Shown piece by piece: positions 41,138 through 55,435 of a stretch of 64,000 nt of DNA. Both the position numbers and the translations under genes were made by a program. The DNA is from Octopus bimaculoides. Lineage: Eukaryota. Position 1 is the stretch's first letter, and the number at the start of each line of letters is the position of its first letter. The notes beneath the pieces were generated by a model. The model saw only the letters and a program-made list of their open reading frames with translations, did no database searches and was not told where the DNA came from. The stretch lies in contig NC_068984.1 of assembly GCF_001194135.2 (NCBI RefSeq), positions 56,101,875 to 56,165,874 of the forward strand, read 5' to 3'.

Positions 41138-41252
41138 GAACTGGTTGGAGATGCCCAGAATCAGCGGAACTGGCGTGGAATTGGGATTGCACTTCTTGTT
41201 ATCCTCGTTGTATGTGCTCTTATTGTGACTGCTATGATTCTTGCGACTCCGT
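41138..41252 (+). CDS. DPP6/DPP10: Internal coding exon of a DPP6/DPP10-like (dipeptidyl aminopeptidase-like, Kv4 auxiliary subunit) type II membrane protein; cytoplasmic juxtamembrane plus transmembrane segment
   Basis: Translates [38 protein letters not shown], closely matching the recalled vertebrate DPP6 segment [38 protein letters not shown]. Acceptor ttttctgttatccccAG ends at 41137; donor GTAAGT starts at 41253. 115 nt, phase 0 in and phase 1 out. Confidence 0.93.
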
Positions 41253-44200
41253 GTAAGTTTACATATCTTTTTTAAAAAATTTTTTTTTTTCAAAAACAGT
41301 AACATTTATAGAGCACTATAGGAGCTTAAACTCTGAAATGTGTGACTTTGGAGCTTTGAAAATACATTTAAAAATTTTTTTTTTTTTTTACTGTAAAGAT
41401 GACCTTACATCTGTATTGTTAAGAAATTGGTGACCTACAGAATTTATACAAGCAGAAAGGATAGTTGTTGATGAGACAAAACAAGGTTGAAACACAGTCC
41501 TGCAATCATTTATGGCATATGTTTTTTTTACACAGAGCTTTATTGTCCAGATTATTTTACTGCATCAAAGATATATTTTAAAATTAATTTTAGGCTTCTG
41601 CTTGTCCAAAATATTTTCATAAGTTTGTCCTTAACATCCATGCTTGTTTTCAGACTTTTAGCAAGCCTTTGTTCTGAGTAACATAAAGCTTTCCTGGGAA
41701 TGCATTATCATATATAACGCATGGATCAAAGTTCTGTGTATTACATGTGATACACAGGACAAGCAAGGAGTTTAGATAATGTAACCGAAAATTAGTCTTC
41801 ATCAAATGTTAAGTTCAACTTTTGAATTCAGATTATTATAAAACTATATATATCTGATGCGATTGACAATAAAAGCAAATAATTCAAATTCATTGAATTA
41901 CAGGGTTTTGGTGCTGATATTTTGTATACGCTAGAGAGACAGAATTCCACTAAGAATGTTTATATTTAAGAATAGATATTTGATCCATCAGGTTATGAAA
42001 ATGTCCAGACTATTATAATATGGAACAACAGATATATAACTAATGAACAATTAGTGGCATTTTCAATCAATAAAATATTATTAAATTAATAAATAAAGTT
42101 ATAGCCTTGATTTTAGATATGAGCAATCTAGCTTGGTATATACATGAAAATGCTACAAATGTAAAGAAACATCATGAGTCATATACAGCAATGAAACAAA
42201 GTCTCAGTAAAGTAAATAGTAATTTCTTTACTAAATTCAAAGACAAAAGAGAAATAGATTCCCTAATAGTTTGTAGACTTCTTGGGTAGTAAATCCACTA
42301 TGTTACACAGTTTAGCAGGACTCCAGTCAGAGGATTAGCAATTAGTAGAGTTTTCTGTTTTGTTTTTCTTCCTCGTTCTCCTTCTACCAATCTTGGAATC
42401 CTGAAATGGTCATGAATGCTGCCTTGCAACCTCTAAGTTATAAAGAGATCATTTTCCATCCATTTCTGTTGTGAAATGGTTAAATTCTTGTTGAAAACCA
42501 CATTGCATTTTTGTTTAGGAATTGATTGCATCATTAACAAATGTGTACCAGTTGAAATAACACATAAATAACCTTTCAATGTTATTTGCTCCAATAGTGG
42601 TGGGGCACGTTCACTAAATGATCTGAGTTCTTATCTGATAGCTCAAAGTTGAGAGGTCTTCGGACTATTTTCCTTAGTTTTCCCATCGCATGCTATAACA
42701 AACAAGTTGGCAACAGGCCAAGCCAATCATAAAATGATGTCTCCACTGAGAGAGCTTATTTATATGTCACCTAATCTTCTAATACAATTGCCAAATCTTA
42801 TACAAATCCCTATCAGTAAATTGCATATTTATATTCTCATCCATAGGATGCATGCATAATACATGAGTAGAAACACTAAGCCAGTTTTGGAAGAGAATAA
42901 AATATAATCAGTTGAATAAAAAAAAATCAGTAAGCTTAGTAGTTTATTTACTGGTTCTCTCCTATCTCAGCTATCTCTAACTTGACAATACAATATACAA
43001 CAACATGTTATTTAAAAGATGAGAAAAGGGATCATGAGTATTGTACGAGTCTAGAATGATTAATAAGCTAGTTGTTAGTTTGTAATTATGATTTTTAGAT
43101 CCTGACATATTTAATGTAATCTTATATATCTATGGAATATTTATATTCTAGAGTGTTATCTAGCATATGACAGATAACTTTGGAACAATACCTTTGCCAC
43201 CATGGGTAATATCAGGAAATATGGCATTCACACAACAATTGTGATATATCTTTTATCAAATACCTTTGTGATTATACAAAATGTTGTATATTCATTTTTA
43301 AAAAATATTACTTTAAAATAAACATAAATAAAACTAATTTCTCATTTGTATAACTCCCTTCACTACTCTGTCGTTTACTCCCTCTTCTTTTCCTTCTCTG
43401 TCTTTATGATTCTTTCTCTCTGACTGTGTGTTTATGTAGTATACCTGCCACCTAGCCTAGTGTATGCATTTGTCTTACACATCTTATGTTAACTCTCTCT
43501 ATATTTCTCTTTTTCCTTTCTTTCCACATCTCTCTATACAATGTAAAGCATGAGTGAAAAAAAAATCAACCAACCAACCAGCCAGCATTTAAATAGGAAA
43601 TTATTAAACATATATATATATATCGTTGCCAGTGCCACTGGACTGGCTCCTGTGCAGGTGGCATGTAAAATACACCATTTTGAGCATGGCCGTTGCCAGT
43701 ATCGCCTGACTGGCTTTCGTGCCGGTGGCACGTAAAAGCATCCACTACACTCTCGGAGTGGTTGGCGTTCGGAAGGGCACCCAGCAGTAGAAACTCTGCC
43801 AAATCCGATTGAAGCCTGGTGTAGCCATCTGGTTCACCAGTCCTCAGTCAAATCGTCCAACCCATGCTAACATGGAAAGCAGACGTTAAACGATGATGGT
43901 GATGATGATGACTGTTTATCAGTGTGTAATGAAAATATTCAGAGAACTCAATATCATTGTACAGCAGGTACATGTGTATTAAACAGTACACTTCCATTAT
44001 TGCATAGCTTCACCATTGTGAAATAGTATGCATTGAACTATCTAAATATGTACAGCAGACGTTTTCTCAAAATGGTTGTATCTTGTGTCATGTGCACAAA
44101 AGTCCATTTTTATGAAAGGCAACGTTCACATATAAACAATCCAATGCCTGCCATTTGAAAAATCTCCAATACAGAAATTGTGCAGAATGGTAATGTAACT

Positions 44201-46163
44201 AGCCTGCCTGTTATATTGTTTAACACACACTTCACCCCAATTCCCCATACACAAACTCACACACATGCAGACACTTATGGCAGTACATGACCAATTGTGA
44301 ATGTCACAGAGTAGAAGTTAATTTTCTTGAAAAATGTTTTGTAACCACGTTTCCATACATAGTTGTGGTGATTTCATTTTTCTTAGACTTAATAATACTC
44401 TTGGAAAAGGTATAACTATCGCTAAATGCCACATATATTTCCTTATAAAATGTCTTGTGAGAAGTTAGGTAAGTAGTGAAAGGTGATTGCTATATAATTA
44501 ACAATATGAATGGTAAATGTTGGTTAGCTGAGTACATGACCCAGTTTCAATAACCTAATTCACTTCACCAATATCATTAAATGTCTTTGTGAAAGTCAGG
44601 AATATTTCAACTGCCATTTCTTTTTACCTCTCCAAGTCAATAATGGTAACACCCACCATCCATTGACATATACATGCAATTATAAAAAGCCAGACCATTA
44701 AACTCTATTTATAACTCTAGTATGAGATAAATATGTAACTGCTTTGATTATAATTGTTAGAAAAAAAAATTAGACTGTTTTAGATTCTGTAAGTTTGGGA
44801 GTCAACCACAAGTGTTGGGGTGGCTAAGAACATTTCAAAGTAATTCTGAGCAGAAAGTAGTAGCAGTAGTAGTAATAGTAGTAGTGTGACAGACATCTAA
44901 GTTTGAAAAAGTGCCAGACTATATGACAAAGGAGCCAATGGTACTGCTAAGACCAAAACCTTTTAAATGTCAAAGCACCAGTGGTGAATTATAAGAATTT
45001 GTGGTGGAAGTATGTGCATTGATAAGAAAAATTAGGAATTTTTCATTTCACAAATTCATAGATATGCAACTTATGTTAATTTACTTGTTTGGTCTTCAAG
45101 ATTGTGACAGGTGTAGTTTAGAGATTTCTTCAATATACATTTTAACATTTGAAACCAAACAAAATTGCATTCAAGGCTGAGATGTTTTCTCTCCCACTAG
45201 CCCAGTTCTACATTGTTGTTTGATTTATGAGAAATGATAACCAAATTTTTATCAAAATTCATACCCTACCATTTTAAAAAGATACATTGAACTGTTTAGT
45301 CAACGATATATTATATTTGAAAGGAAAAAATGAGGTGATCAAGACTGGGATACATTTGTTCATAGGTCTGCTCAGTCAGAGCTGACCTGGTGCTAAACAG
45401 CAGTACTCTTAACAACAGTTCCTTATGGACTATCCCAAACATAAAATCAACTTGAATCTGCTGGTTTCATTTCAACAAATAGAAGAAATCAGATGAACAT
45501 GTCACACACTCTTGGTAGCAGAAAAATATTTATGTCACATTTGTGACAGCTTTTTTTAAAGCTGTGATGGATGAACACCAAATATCAGAATATAGAATCA
45601 TGAACTTATTGTATACATTGCTCAGATGCACAACTTATTTGAAAAGAGTAAACGAATGGAAAGAAGTAACAATAAACCAAGTAAAGAAAAAGATAGCAAT
45701 GATTGCTGAAAGTATCAGGCTGTCAGATAAATTCATTCATTTTTTTTTTTCTTTTTGTTTTCTTACTTGGCACTTCATCATCGTATATGAAAAGAGATAG
45801 AATTTATTCAAACTTCAGAGAAGATGTAGAGGTAAAATAGAGCTACGAAAAACCTTGAAACTACAATAAAAATATTTTTCATATTAATTCAAATAAAATT
45901 GGACAGGATTAAAATATTTCGGAAAAAATCCCCCAGAAAACACAACTGAATTTATCTGACAAGCCAATATATGCATAACACACTGGACAAAACACAAGAA
46001 AATAGAAGAGTAAACATTAAAAGAGCTATACAGGGGAAAAGATGCGGACACTCAGGAGTAGTGTTGGTGAATTTTAGGAAGTGTAGAATTTTTGAAGGAT
46101 GCAGAGTTCTCAGATTTAACAACTGATGCAGGTAGTTTTATTCCATGCTTCAACAACCCTGAG

Positions 46164-46346
46164 TAAGGCAGCACTAGGAAGTGCAAAGTTGAAGATTGAT
46201 GTTTTATGCTTTGTAGTACACCAACCCCAGTCATAACGATGTACTAAAAATTCATCATAGCATCCTCTGAGTGTGTGCACAAGGCCCTCTCTTGGCATGG
46301 AACCCAATTTGAACAATTCTGTATAATTGACTTAAAACTGGCCTTG
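46164..46346. mobile_element. Second, more decayed copy of the same hAT MITE family
   Basis: Shares gaagattgatgtttta(c/t)gctttgt and caatttgaacaa...taattgacttaaaac with 14431..14673; flanks ccctgagt/ccctgagc. Confidence 0.7.
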
Positions 46347-47483
46347 CCCTGAGCATGTATTTATTTAGTTTATATTGCAATTTTTAAGGTGCATGGTCTA
46401 GTAGTTAGGGTGTTACACTCATGATCACTAATCATGGGTTCGATTCCTGGACCAAGTGGTACATTGTGTTCTTAAGTAAAACACTTTATTTCACACTGCT
46501 TAGGTCTAAGCTGAAAATGGGTAACCCTGCAATGGACTAGTCTTCCAGTCAGGGGCAATGTTGGCCTGATCGCCTAGCCAGTAGGGTAGCATCATCCAAA
46601 AGCTAAAACAATGCAAAGTGCATTGTGATCAGCAATGGGATTGACCATCCAATAATCTAGTCAATCACATGATCATATGATATTGCAATTAGTGAACAAT
46701 AGTATCACTATTTACAGGTTTCAATGAGCCAATCACTGGCTCATTGAAACTATGATGATGAGACTGACTAAGGCAAATGTATACCTTGGTACAGAACTAA
46801 TATCAATGAATACCTTCGTTCAAAAACAACCTTTCTATCTTTACTTAATTATTTGGATTTTCTAGTTGATGTTTACATCCTTGGTGCATCAGCATAGCCG
46901 CAGCTCTAAGCTGAAACTATAAACAAATAAACAATATNNNNNNNNNNNNNNNNNNNNNNNNNNNNNNNNNNNNNNNNNNNNNNNNNNNNNNNNNNNNNNN
47001 NNNNNNNNNNNNNNNNNNNNNNNNNNNNNNNNNNNNNNNNNNNNNNNNNNNNNNNNNNNNNNNNNNATATATATATATATATATATATATATACAAATAT
47101 ATATATATTTATATATATTATGTATGTATAGATAGGCAGGTATGCAGGCAGGCAGGCAAGCATGTACCAGAATACAGACAAAGGCATTTGGTTTTGTCTT
47201 TATTCTGGTATTATGCAACTCCTCTTCATAACAATCTAGCCTGTCCTTACTTCAGTAATGGGTTAAAACAAAGATATAGGAGTGTTGTATTAACCATATT
47301 ATCAAAGGAAGGACAAGTTTAGATTGTTATCGCAAAGAGAAAGAGTGTGTGTGTCTGTTGGAAACCCAACTTACTGGTCTAGATTGGGAAATTTAATTCG
47401 CATATATCTTTTGCTGCAAATTTCTCATCCAGAATTGTTGAATGTGGTACAGAGATGAGACACCAGTAGCCAATATTGGAGTG

Positions 47484-47524
<41 letters not shown>

Positions 47525-47727
47525 GTATATGTGTGTGTGCGCACACAACACACACACACATATATATACATATACTATTCTTTAACAAAAGCATTGATAG
47601 TGACTTTGAAGTTTTGGCTAGCTACAACATCAGACTGTCCCAGGATGGATTATCTGTCTGAAACTGCGAAGTCACTATCAGTACTATTTTGTTAAAGAAT
47701 AATATATTTGTACTCTGACAAATGTAC

Positions 47728-48560
47728 AAGAGGGTACCCAAAAGTAACCAGAAGTGTTCTCTATGCGACAAACTCATAATAGTTCAGGCTTCTGCCACTA
47801 GTAGCCACTTGATGCAACCCTCAGGCATCAGTGTGCTGACTGGTGTCATCAATTGAAGTCATACAACCACATGGTACGTCTTTGTTTTGCAGTGCTCCTC
47901 TCCTGTTCATCAATTTTTGCAATGGTTGAAATGAAGGAACAGCACACGTCCGTGAAATTCTACTTTCTGCTAGGGAAAATGGCAGCCAAAACAGTTGTCA
48001 TGCTTCAAACAGCTTACAAGGATGCTACCATGAGCAAAATACAAGTTTACGAGTGGCCTTCATGCTTTAGGAATGGTCACTCGTTGCTTGAAGACCAACC
48101 TCATTCAGGGTGATCTTCTACCTCCCAAGTAAATGAAAACATCATGAAAATTCATGAAATGATTTTAAAGAACCTTCACCAAACTTGTTGATATGACTGG
48201 TGTGTGTCCTGGAGCTCCTGCCAACGAATTTTTAATGAGGAATTGTGAATACAAAGAGCTGCAGCAGAATTGTCCACACAGAATTTGTTCGTCCTGGTCA
48301 AACTGTTAACCAGACATTTTACATGACAATTTTGAAGCGTTTGCAAGAAGTGATGAGACAAAAATGCCCTGACCTGTGGCAAAGGGGTTAGTGGTGGTTT
48401 CATCACAACAATGCTCCTGTGCACTGCCTTGAGTGTGAGAAGTTGTTGGCCAAAAATAGCATGACCTCACTTACTCACCCTCCCTATTTACCTGATTTAA
48501 CTCTCTGTGACTTTTTATGGTTCCACCAATGGAAGTGAGATAGTGAAAATTCAACAGTGG
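47728..48560 (+). mobile_element. Mariner transposase remnant, internally deleted and frameshifted
   Basis: MKEQHTSVKFYFLLGKMAAKTVVMLQTAYKDATMSKIQVYEW...LEDQPHSG* (mariner HTH), later FHHNNAPVH and HPPYLPDLTLCDFLWF. Matching TIRs not confidently found. Confidence 0.85.
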
Positions 48561-49975
48561 AAAAAAAATCAAAGTACTTACATATATATAAACAGATACA
48601 CTTAAAAAGGAAGAGGGCTGTGATAAAGTGTAGAAAACCGCATTCATTACAGACTGTGCTACTCATACATATAAATGTATATATATGCACGCGCACACAC
48701 ACACACACACACACACACATAGAGTTGAAGCACTGTTTGATTTTTTTTTCGCCATTTTGTACCCTTTTTATATATAAAATTCTACAATTAGCAGTCATCT
48801 TTGATGGCATGGGGCCAGCTAGTCCTTGTAATAAATACCATGGAATGTGGAAGTGTGTTCCCAGAAAACTGAGACTCCATCTAGCATAGTTTTGAATTGA
48901 CACTGCTGTAGAAAATATAGAGTCAACCAAAAGACTATATAGCAGAATAAATGATAAAATAGTTTCATTTTAATGCAATAAAATTAAAATGGGAAAATAT
49001 GTTCTCTACTTACTGATAAAGTAATTTGTCTGTGACAAGCATGATCGACAAGATAAAGTTATTATTATATGTAAAATGGCTTCAGTTTTGATTTCAAGAA
49101 TAAGTGGAAAACTGTGAAGTATTACTGAATGCTGAAATGAAGACAGAATTCTATAAAGAATATTAATACTATCATCATCATCATTTAATGTTTGCTTCCC
49201 ATGCTGACATAGGTTGGGCACTTTGACAGGATATGTTGAGTCACTGGGCTGCATCATGCTCCATGTCAGCTTTGGCATGGTTTCTGTGGCTAGATACCCT
49301 TCGTAAATTCAACCACTTTACAGTGAATACTAGATGCTTTTTTTATGCCACCGACAATTGGTGAGTTGTCTAGTAAATTGTAAGAAAGGAAAGAACCAGA
49401 AAAGGTAAAATGGGAGATGGAGGGAGGGATGACCTTCTCAACCAAGGTGCAGTGCTGGTGTTGATGGAGTATTTAAGATAGAGGAGAGGTGATTTTTATG
49501 CCAAGGAAAAGTAGAGAGAGAAAGAACATGACTACCTCACATTTATATAAGGGTGGCAGCAGTATCTGGGAAAAAGTAATATATCAAAGGCATGTCTGTG
49601 TGGTAAGAAGTTTTGCTTCTCAACCACATAGTTCCAGGTTCAGCTCTACTGTGTGGCACCTTGGGCAAGTGTGTTTTCTATTATAACCTCAGGCTAACTA
49701 AAGTTTTGTGAGTGGATTTGGTAGACAGAAACTGAAAGGAGCCTGTCGCATGTGTGTGTGTCTTTGTGTTTGGGTTTGTCTCCCACCAATGCTTGACAAC
49801 CAGTTTTGGTGTGTTTACATACCTGTAACCTAGCAGTTCAGCAAAAGAGACTAATAGAATAAGAACTAGGCTTTAAAAATAAAGTACTGTAGTTGATTCA
49901 TTTTATTAAAAATTTTTCAAGGCAGTGCCCCAGCATGGCTGCATTCTAATGACTGAAACAAGTAAAAGACAGAAG

Positions 49976-50018
<43 letters not shown>

Positions 50019-53000
50019 TCAAAGTATACTGTATTATATATCCATTACTACCAATCTTACCAATTGGTTTCACACTGGGTGTTCAACTGGGTGTTAGGTA
50101 ACAGTCCCATTATGTAACCCTGCACTCATCAGTGGTAGCTGTTATGGAATTATATATATATTATTGACAGCCATTCATAATTGAACAGGACTTTGTAATA
50201 GAAAAGTTTTGTTTGTTTTTTTCCTTGAAATTTCATTGTCAATGATTTGCTCTTTCTTGTGATTATAGATTGAAGGTTCTAGTACATCTGTGACTGCAGA
50301 TATTGTTGAATATTGTCAGCAGTGACAGTGTAGTGGATCTTGCTCTAGCTTTGTCTCTTTCTTTTATTTTTTTTCAACTAATTCTGCAACATTTTCTCCT
50401 TTCTTTATCACCTTCTACCATTTATTCTAGTTAGTCACTGTCTTCTCTTGCACAGTCATTATTAGACTAGCTGCTTCATTGGCATAATTGTTTGATGACA
50501 TCCTTATAATGGAGTTTTAGGAACCCTCTTTGCATTTCACCTTGCTATAGAGCACAGCCTTGGAGATTTTTGCTATTCTCGATACACATCCTACCCAATG
50601 TAATTACAACTCCAGCATGATAGATGCAACATTAGAGATATTTTCAAGTGTATGACCATTTAGTTAGAGTTGTGATATCACCAAGATTTGCTCATGAGAT
50701 ATTGTGTCTGGCACAACTGGTATTTCATCATCTGTTTCGTATATTGTTGATACAATTTGTAGTTTTATGCAGAATACAACAGAGAGGATAGTTACTACTC
50801 GATATACTTTGCATTTTGTTGCCAGTTTTATACCTTGTTTTCACAATTGATCATTGAGATTTCTGAAAAATGACTGCAGCTGATTGTATATATAGACTCA
50901 CCTCGACATCTAGTTTTTTTGCTATTAGAAATCATACTGCTGAAATATATGAACATTTTCTTGAAATCTTGTGCTTGCTGGGACACTAGTCTCAAACTGG
51001 ATGAGAAGATACAAGATTATGCACCACTCGGTGGGGTGGGGGGATCAGTAAACATTGATCAGACATCAGTAAACATTGACTTCACCATACTTGCTGAAAT
51101 AGTGATGAGAAATTCATTGAGTAAATATATGAAAGATAGGCACAGAAAACTGGAATCATTAAGAGAATAATCCATGTGTAAGAATAACTGAGTTAATGCA
51201 TGGAGTATCAAAAAGGTAAGTGGAAATATTGATGCTGTAAGGAATGAAAAATATAGTATTAGTCATTGACTAATTAATATCATTTTGAGTCTAAGGCGGC
51301 AAGCTGGCAGAAACATTAGCATGCCGGGCGTTCTTAGTTCAAATTCCTTTCATCCTTTCAGGGTCGATACATTAAATACCAGTTGCATACTGGGATTGAT
51401 CTGATCGACTAGCCCCCTCCCCCAAAATTTTGGGCCTTGTGCCTAGAGTAGAAAAGAATATTATTTTGAGTCTGAAGGGAGATAACTGTGGACATGTTTT
51501 GATCTTATTTTGACTATATTCAGCAAAACATAGACTACACTGAATAGCTGAGGATGATCATAATAATATTGAAACATTGCAGGAGTTATCTCTCATATTT
51601 ACCAAAAGAATCAAAACAATATTAATCATTGATTTGTATTTCCCCTCACCAGGGTGTTGAGCTGGCAGGTTCTTTAGTACACTGGGCATAATGCTTAGTG
51701 GCATTTTGTTTGTATTTACATTCTGAGTTCAAATACTGTTGAGAGTTACTTTGCCTTTCATCTTTTGGGGTTGATAAAATAAGTACCAGTTGAGCTCTGA
51801 GGTTGATGTAATCAACTTCACTCCTTTCTCAAAATTGCTACTAAAATTTCTACTAAAATTTGAAACCAATATTTTCCCTTGCCTCATAATTATTTTCCGG
51901 TTTGTTTTTTAATGCTTCTTGCATTAAATATGTTAACACTAACTTTACTATTACTTTCTCTGTCACATTAACATAAGATATAAAGTAGTAACACTTTCTA
52001 TGAAACTTCCTCATTCTTTCACTGCATGGCTCCATAACATATCTGAAATATAACATCACCTGTTTCATCTAAATGACTTGCAGGTTTATCATTCCTATTC
52101 CTTTCACTGCATCTCACATAATCACCCCATGATGGGGATGTTTGCCATTCATATTTCTTATACCACATACAAATAGGCAGACAGTTTTATATCATGTCTT
52201 ACATTGCTTAGCTCCCTTTACCTGGATAAAAAAAAAAAACTACATGCATGTACATGCGCGTGCACACACACACACACACACATACACACACACTCACACA
52301 GATATAGCTGTGCACTCGTCAAATCTGTTTTCTTAACTTACTTCTTTTGACACCGTTCTCTACTCATGTTTCTCCTTCAAATAGAAGATGACACAACCAG
52401 TTATTTCATAGAAGTGTGCTAACTATAAATATAGAAACCATTTCCCACATTACATGGAACTGGCTTTCTGCCATGCCAGTTAACTGATCTACTGAATGTT
52501 ATTGAGTTGAAGTTCTCCCTCTCTCTCCCTCCCTCCCTCTCTCTCTCTCTCTCTCTCTCCCCTTATCACACACCACTTATTTATAGCTACACTTTTTTAT
52601 GAACACATTTAATTTTTAAACACCCTCCATATTTTGCTATTGTTCAGTAATCTGGTACTACTGGTTTCATTTTCTTTTATTGATGACTTTAATTATTCTA
52701 GTATTCTGTATTCAGTTTCCTTTGGCTTTTTTTTTTTTAGTATTTTTTGTTTATTTTTCACTTATTGTCTTTTTTTTTTTATTCCATTTTTCTATAACAT
52801 TTCATTTTTATATTCTGTTAGTCTTCATTTAATTTTCTGCTGCTCTGATTTTTCAAAACAGATCTGCAACTAAAGATAAGACTGCTGCTGCTGCTGCTGC
52901 TGTTGCAGCTACTTCTGCTGGTGCTATTACTGTTACTACTACCACTACTACTGCTGCTGCTGCTTCTACCTTTAACAATAAAATTAACACAGATCTCTAT

Positions 53001-53079
53001 TAATCTCCTCAGATTCTGTCAATGATCTTTTGCAGGTGGTGGTGGTTGTAGTAGTAGTAGTAGTAGCAGCAGCAGTAGC

Positions 53080-53126
<47 letters not shown>

Positions 53127-54179
53127 CGATACTAATTCCATGAGTTTCTAGTAGCTACAAATTCAAAAGCTGTTACCTGAATTGACACCAAAACTTTTCG
53201 ATGATTATCAAAAAATCTTCGCAATATCATGCCCTTATCATTGTCATCATTGTCCTCATCATCATCATCGTCATCACTGTCATCATAATCACCATCATCG
53301 TATGGTAGGGAGTTGCTATTCTGGATTCCTTGAGCTGTGGCAGTTAATGAGGAGACTAGGGCCAGGGGTTTAATGAATGTAGTGGGAAGGTGCGTGAAGG
53401 ATGAAGGAAGGTTAAAGGGGGAGAAAGAGAGTGAGTGAGTGAGTGATAGAAAGAGAGAAAATGTTGAAACTTTCATGAAGGTGTTCAACTTTTAGCTGAT
53501 TTATATTAATGTGAAAGGAACATTTGAATCTTCCAGTGAAATCAAGTGATTATTCAATGCCAGGGTATGTTGGACTATAAGAATGGATAACCAGTAATCT
53601 TTTGAATATAACTGAGTTTGCGGTCGAACATTTACAGAAAGGAAGATTTCAGTGTTATATAGTGGCGGAATTGACAACAGCCACTGCAGTGCTCTCTTTC
53701 CCAAAAACACTCATGAGCATGAAAGAAATGTAGAAGGAAATGAAATATCAGAAGACAGTAAAAAAGAGAAAAGAATGAGAATTCAAACACTTAATATGAA
53801 AAGTGCAGAAGAAAGTAAAAACCATCGGAAAGTTAGGTTGTAAAAAGTGAGGGAATATGAGAGGAGGACAAGAGAGCAAGAGGGTGATAAAGATAGGGAA
53901 ATAAGATAGTAGAGAAAGAAGAAAAATTATAGAAATAAAATGTACAAGAAAATAAAAAAAAGACAAAGAAATACGATGGCAAAAAAGGAAAGAAAAAAAG
54001 TAGAATAGTTAGAAAACAGAGAGTGAAAGTGACCAAGAAATACAAATAAAAAGGAGAAAGCTTTCCAGAGAAAATCAGTAGAAAATGTGTAGATGATTTC
54101 AATGGCCAAGTGTTGCATTTAATTATGATCCTAATCGTAATTATGCATCTGAAAAAATTGTCTCCCTGGGCTCTCTGTG

Positions 54180-55097
54180 TGCAAAACATTTGAAAAGTGT
54201 GGTGCTAGGAAGTGGAACAAGGAATCATTAATTAAGTATGTGTTGTTCTAAAGGTAAAGTCCATTTACCAATAATTGAGCTCCCAAAACTTATAAAACAT
54301 CTTTCTTAAAAATATTCGAGTATACAATTGTGCTTTTCAAATGACATCATTTGGGGCAAAAATTATTAGGGAAACTGGGTTTATGCCAACTTTTAAAGTG
54401 CAAGGACAAATTTATCACAGAATTGGCTCTCTTTAGCTTTTACAGACTAAAGATCCACAGTTTTTACAGATATATTTTATAGGTGATGTTCAAAAAGAGA
54501 CACAGTTTTGCAACAAGAATTGTTCAGATACAAGATTAGAACTTATTTTTAAGCTGCAAGAAATGTTTCACGAAAAGAATTCTTATGTGAGAAGCTTTCA
54601 GTATGCTTTAGAATATACTTCAACTGCAGACTTTCAAGTTATCATCAATGCCAACAAAAGACCAGCTGGTGAACATGTCCTTCAATTCAATGTTCCTGAG
54701 TGTAATGAAGTGGCATTTATTATGGTTGGAGAACAACATGGCAAATATCCCTTTATATATTATGTTCATCAATTGATGAGTCAAAGTAATTCGTTTAACC
54801 ATCTTCACTTTTGCCAAGATCATTTTCACCAGTATGTTGTTAATATGTATACCAAAATAGAGTCGGAGAAGTTGTGCTACATAAAAATGCACCAAAAAGC
54901 ACTACGTTCAGAATGATACGTGCAGTTACGAGATGGCATTAACAATAATATTGCTGGAACAAGGCTTGGACAACTTGGTATTCTCCCATCCAGTTTTACA
55001 GGAAGTCCAAGATATATGCACGAGAGGACACAGGATGCCATGACTTACGTGCATAATTATGGACATCCAGATCTTTTCATCACTTTTACTTGCAATT
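54180..55097 (+). mobile_element. Helitron Rep/helicase N-terminal fragment (pseudogene)
   Basis: MCCSKGKVHLP; FLKNIRVYNCAFQMTSFGA; PTFKVQGQIYHRIGSL; FHQYVVNMYTKIESE; LGILPSSFTGSPRYMHERTQDAMTYVHNYGHPDLFITFTCN. These are typical Helitron Rep N-terminal motifs, interrupted by stops and a deletion. Confidence 0.92.
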
Positions 55098-55104
55098 GTA
55101 AAAG

Positions 55105-55435
55105 GTTTTAACTGCCATTGCACAGGATCACCCTGTTCTGGACACAGTGTTGTCCTGTTGCAAGTTTGCCTATCTTCCACTTACGTCTGCTGAAGACACA
55201 ATCCTTTGTGACACAGCTACTGGTTCTCCCAGGCCATTTGTATCTGCGAAACACCAGCATTCTGTTTTTGATGCTTTGCATTCACTGTCACATCCTAGCA
55301 TCACTGCCTCAGTGAAGCTTATTACGGCTTGGTTTTTCTGGCCTAATATGCACCGGATGATCACTGCTTGGGCATGCTCTTGTGTGAAATGCCAGCATTC
55401 TAAAATCCACAAGCTCATTCATGCTCCAATATGGT
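55105..55435 (+). mobile_element. Ty3/Gypsy integrase zinc-binding (HHCC) fragment
   Basis: ILCDTATGSPRPFVSAKHQHSVFDALHSLSHPSITASVKLITAWFFWPNMHRMITAWACSCVKCQHSKI: H-x3-H...WP...C-x2-C pattern of Gypsy integrases. Confidence 0.88.
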
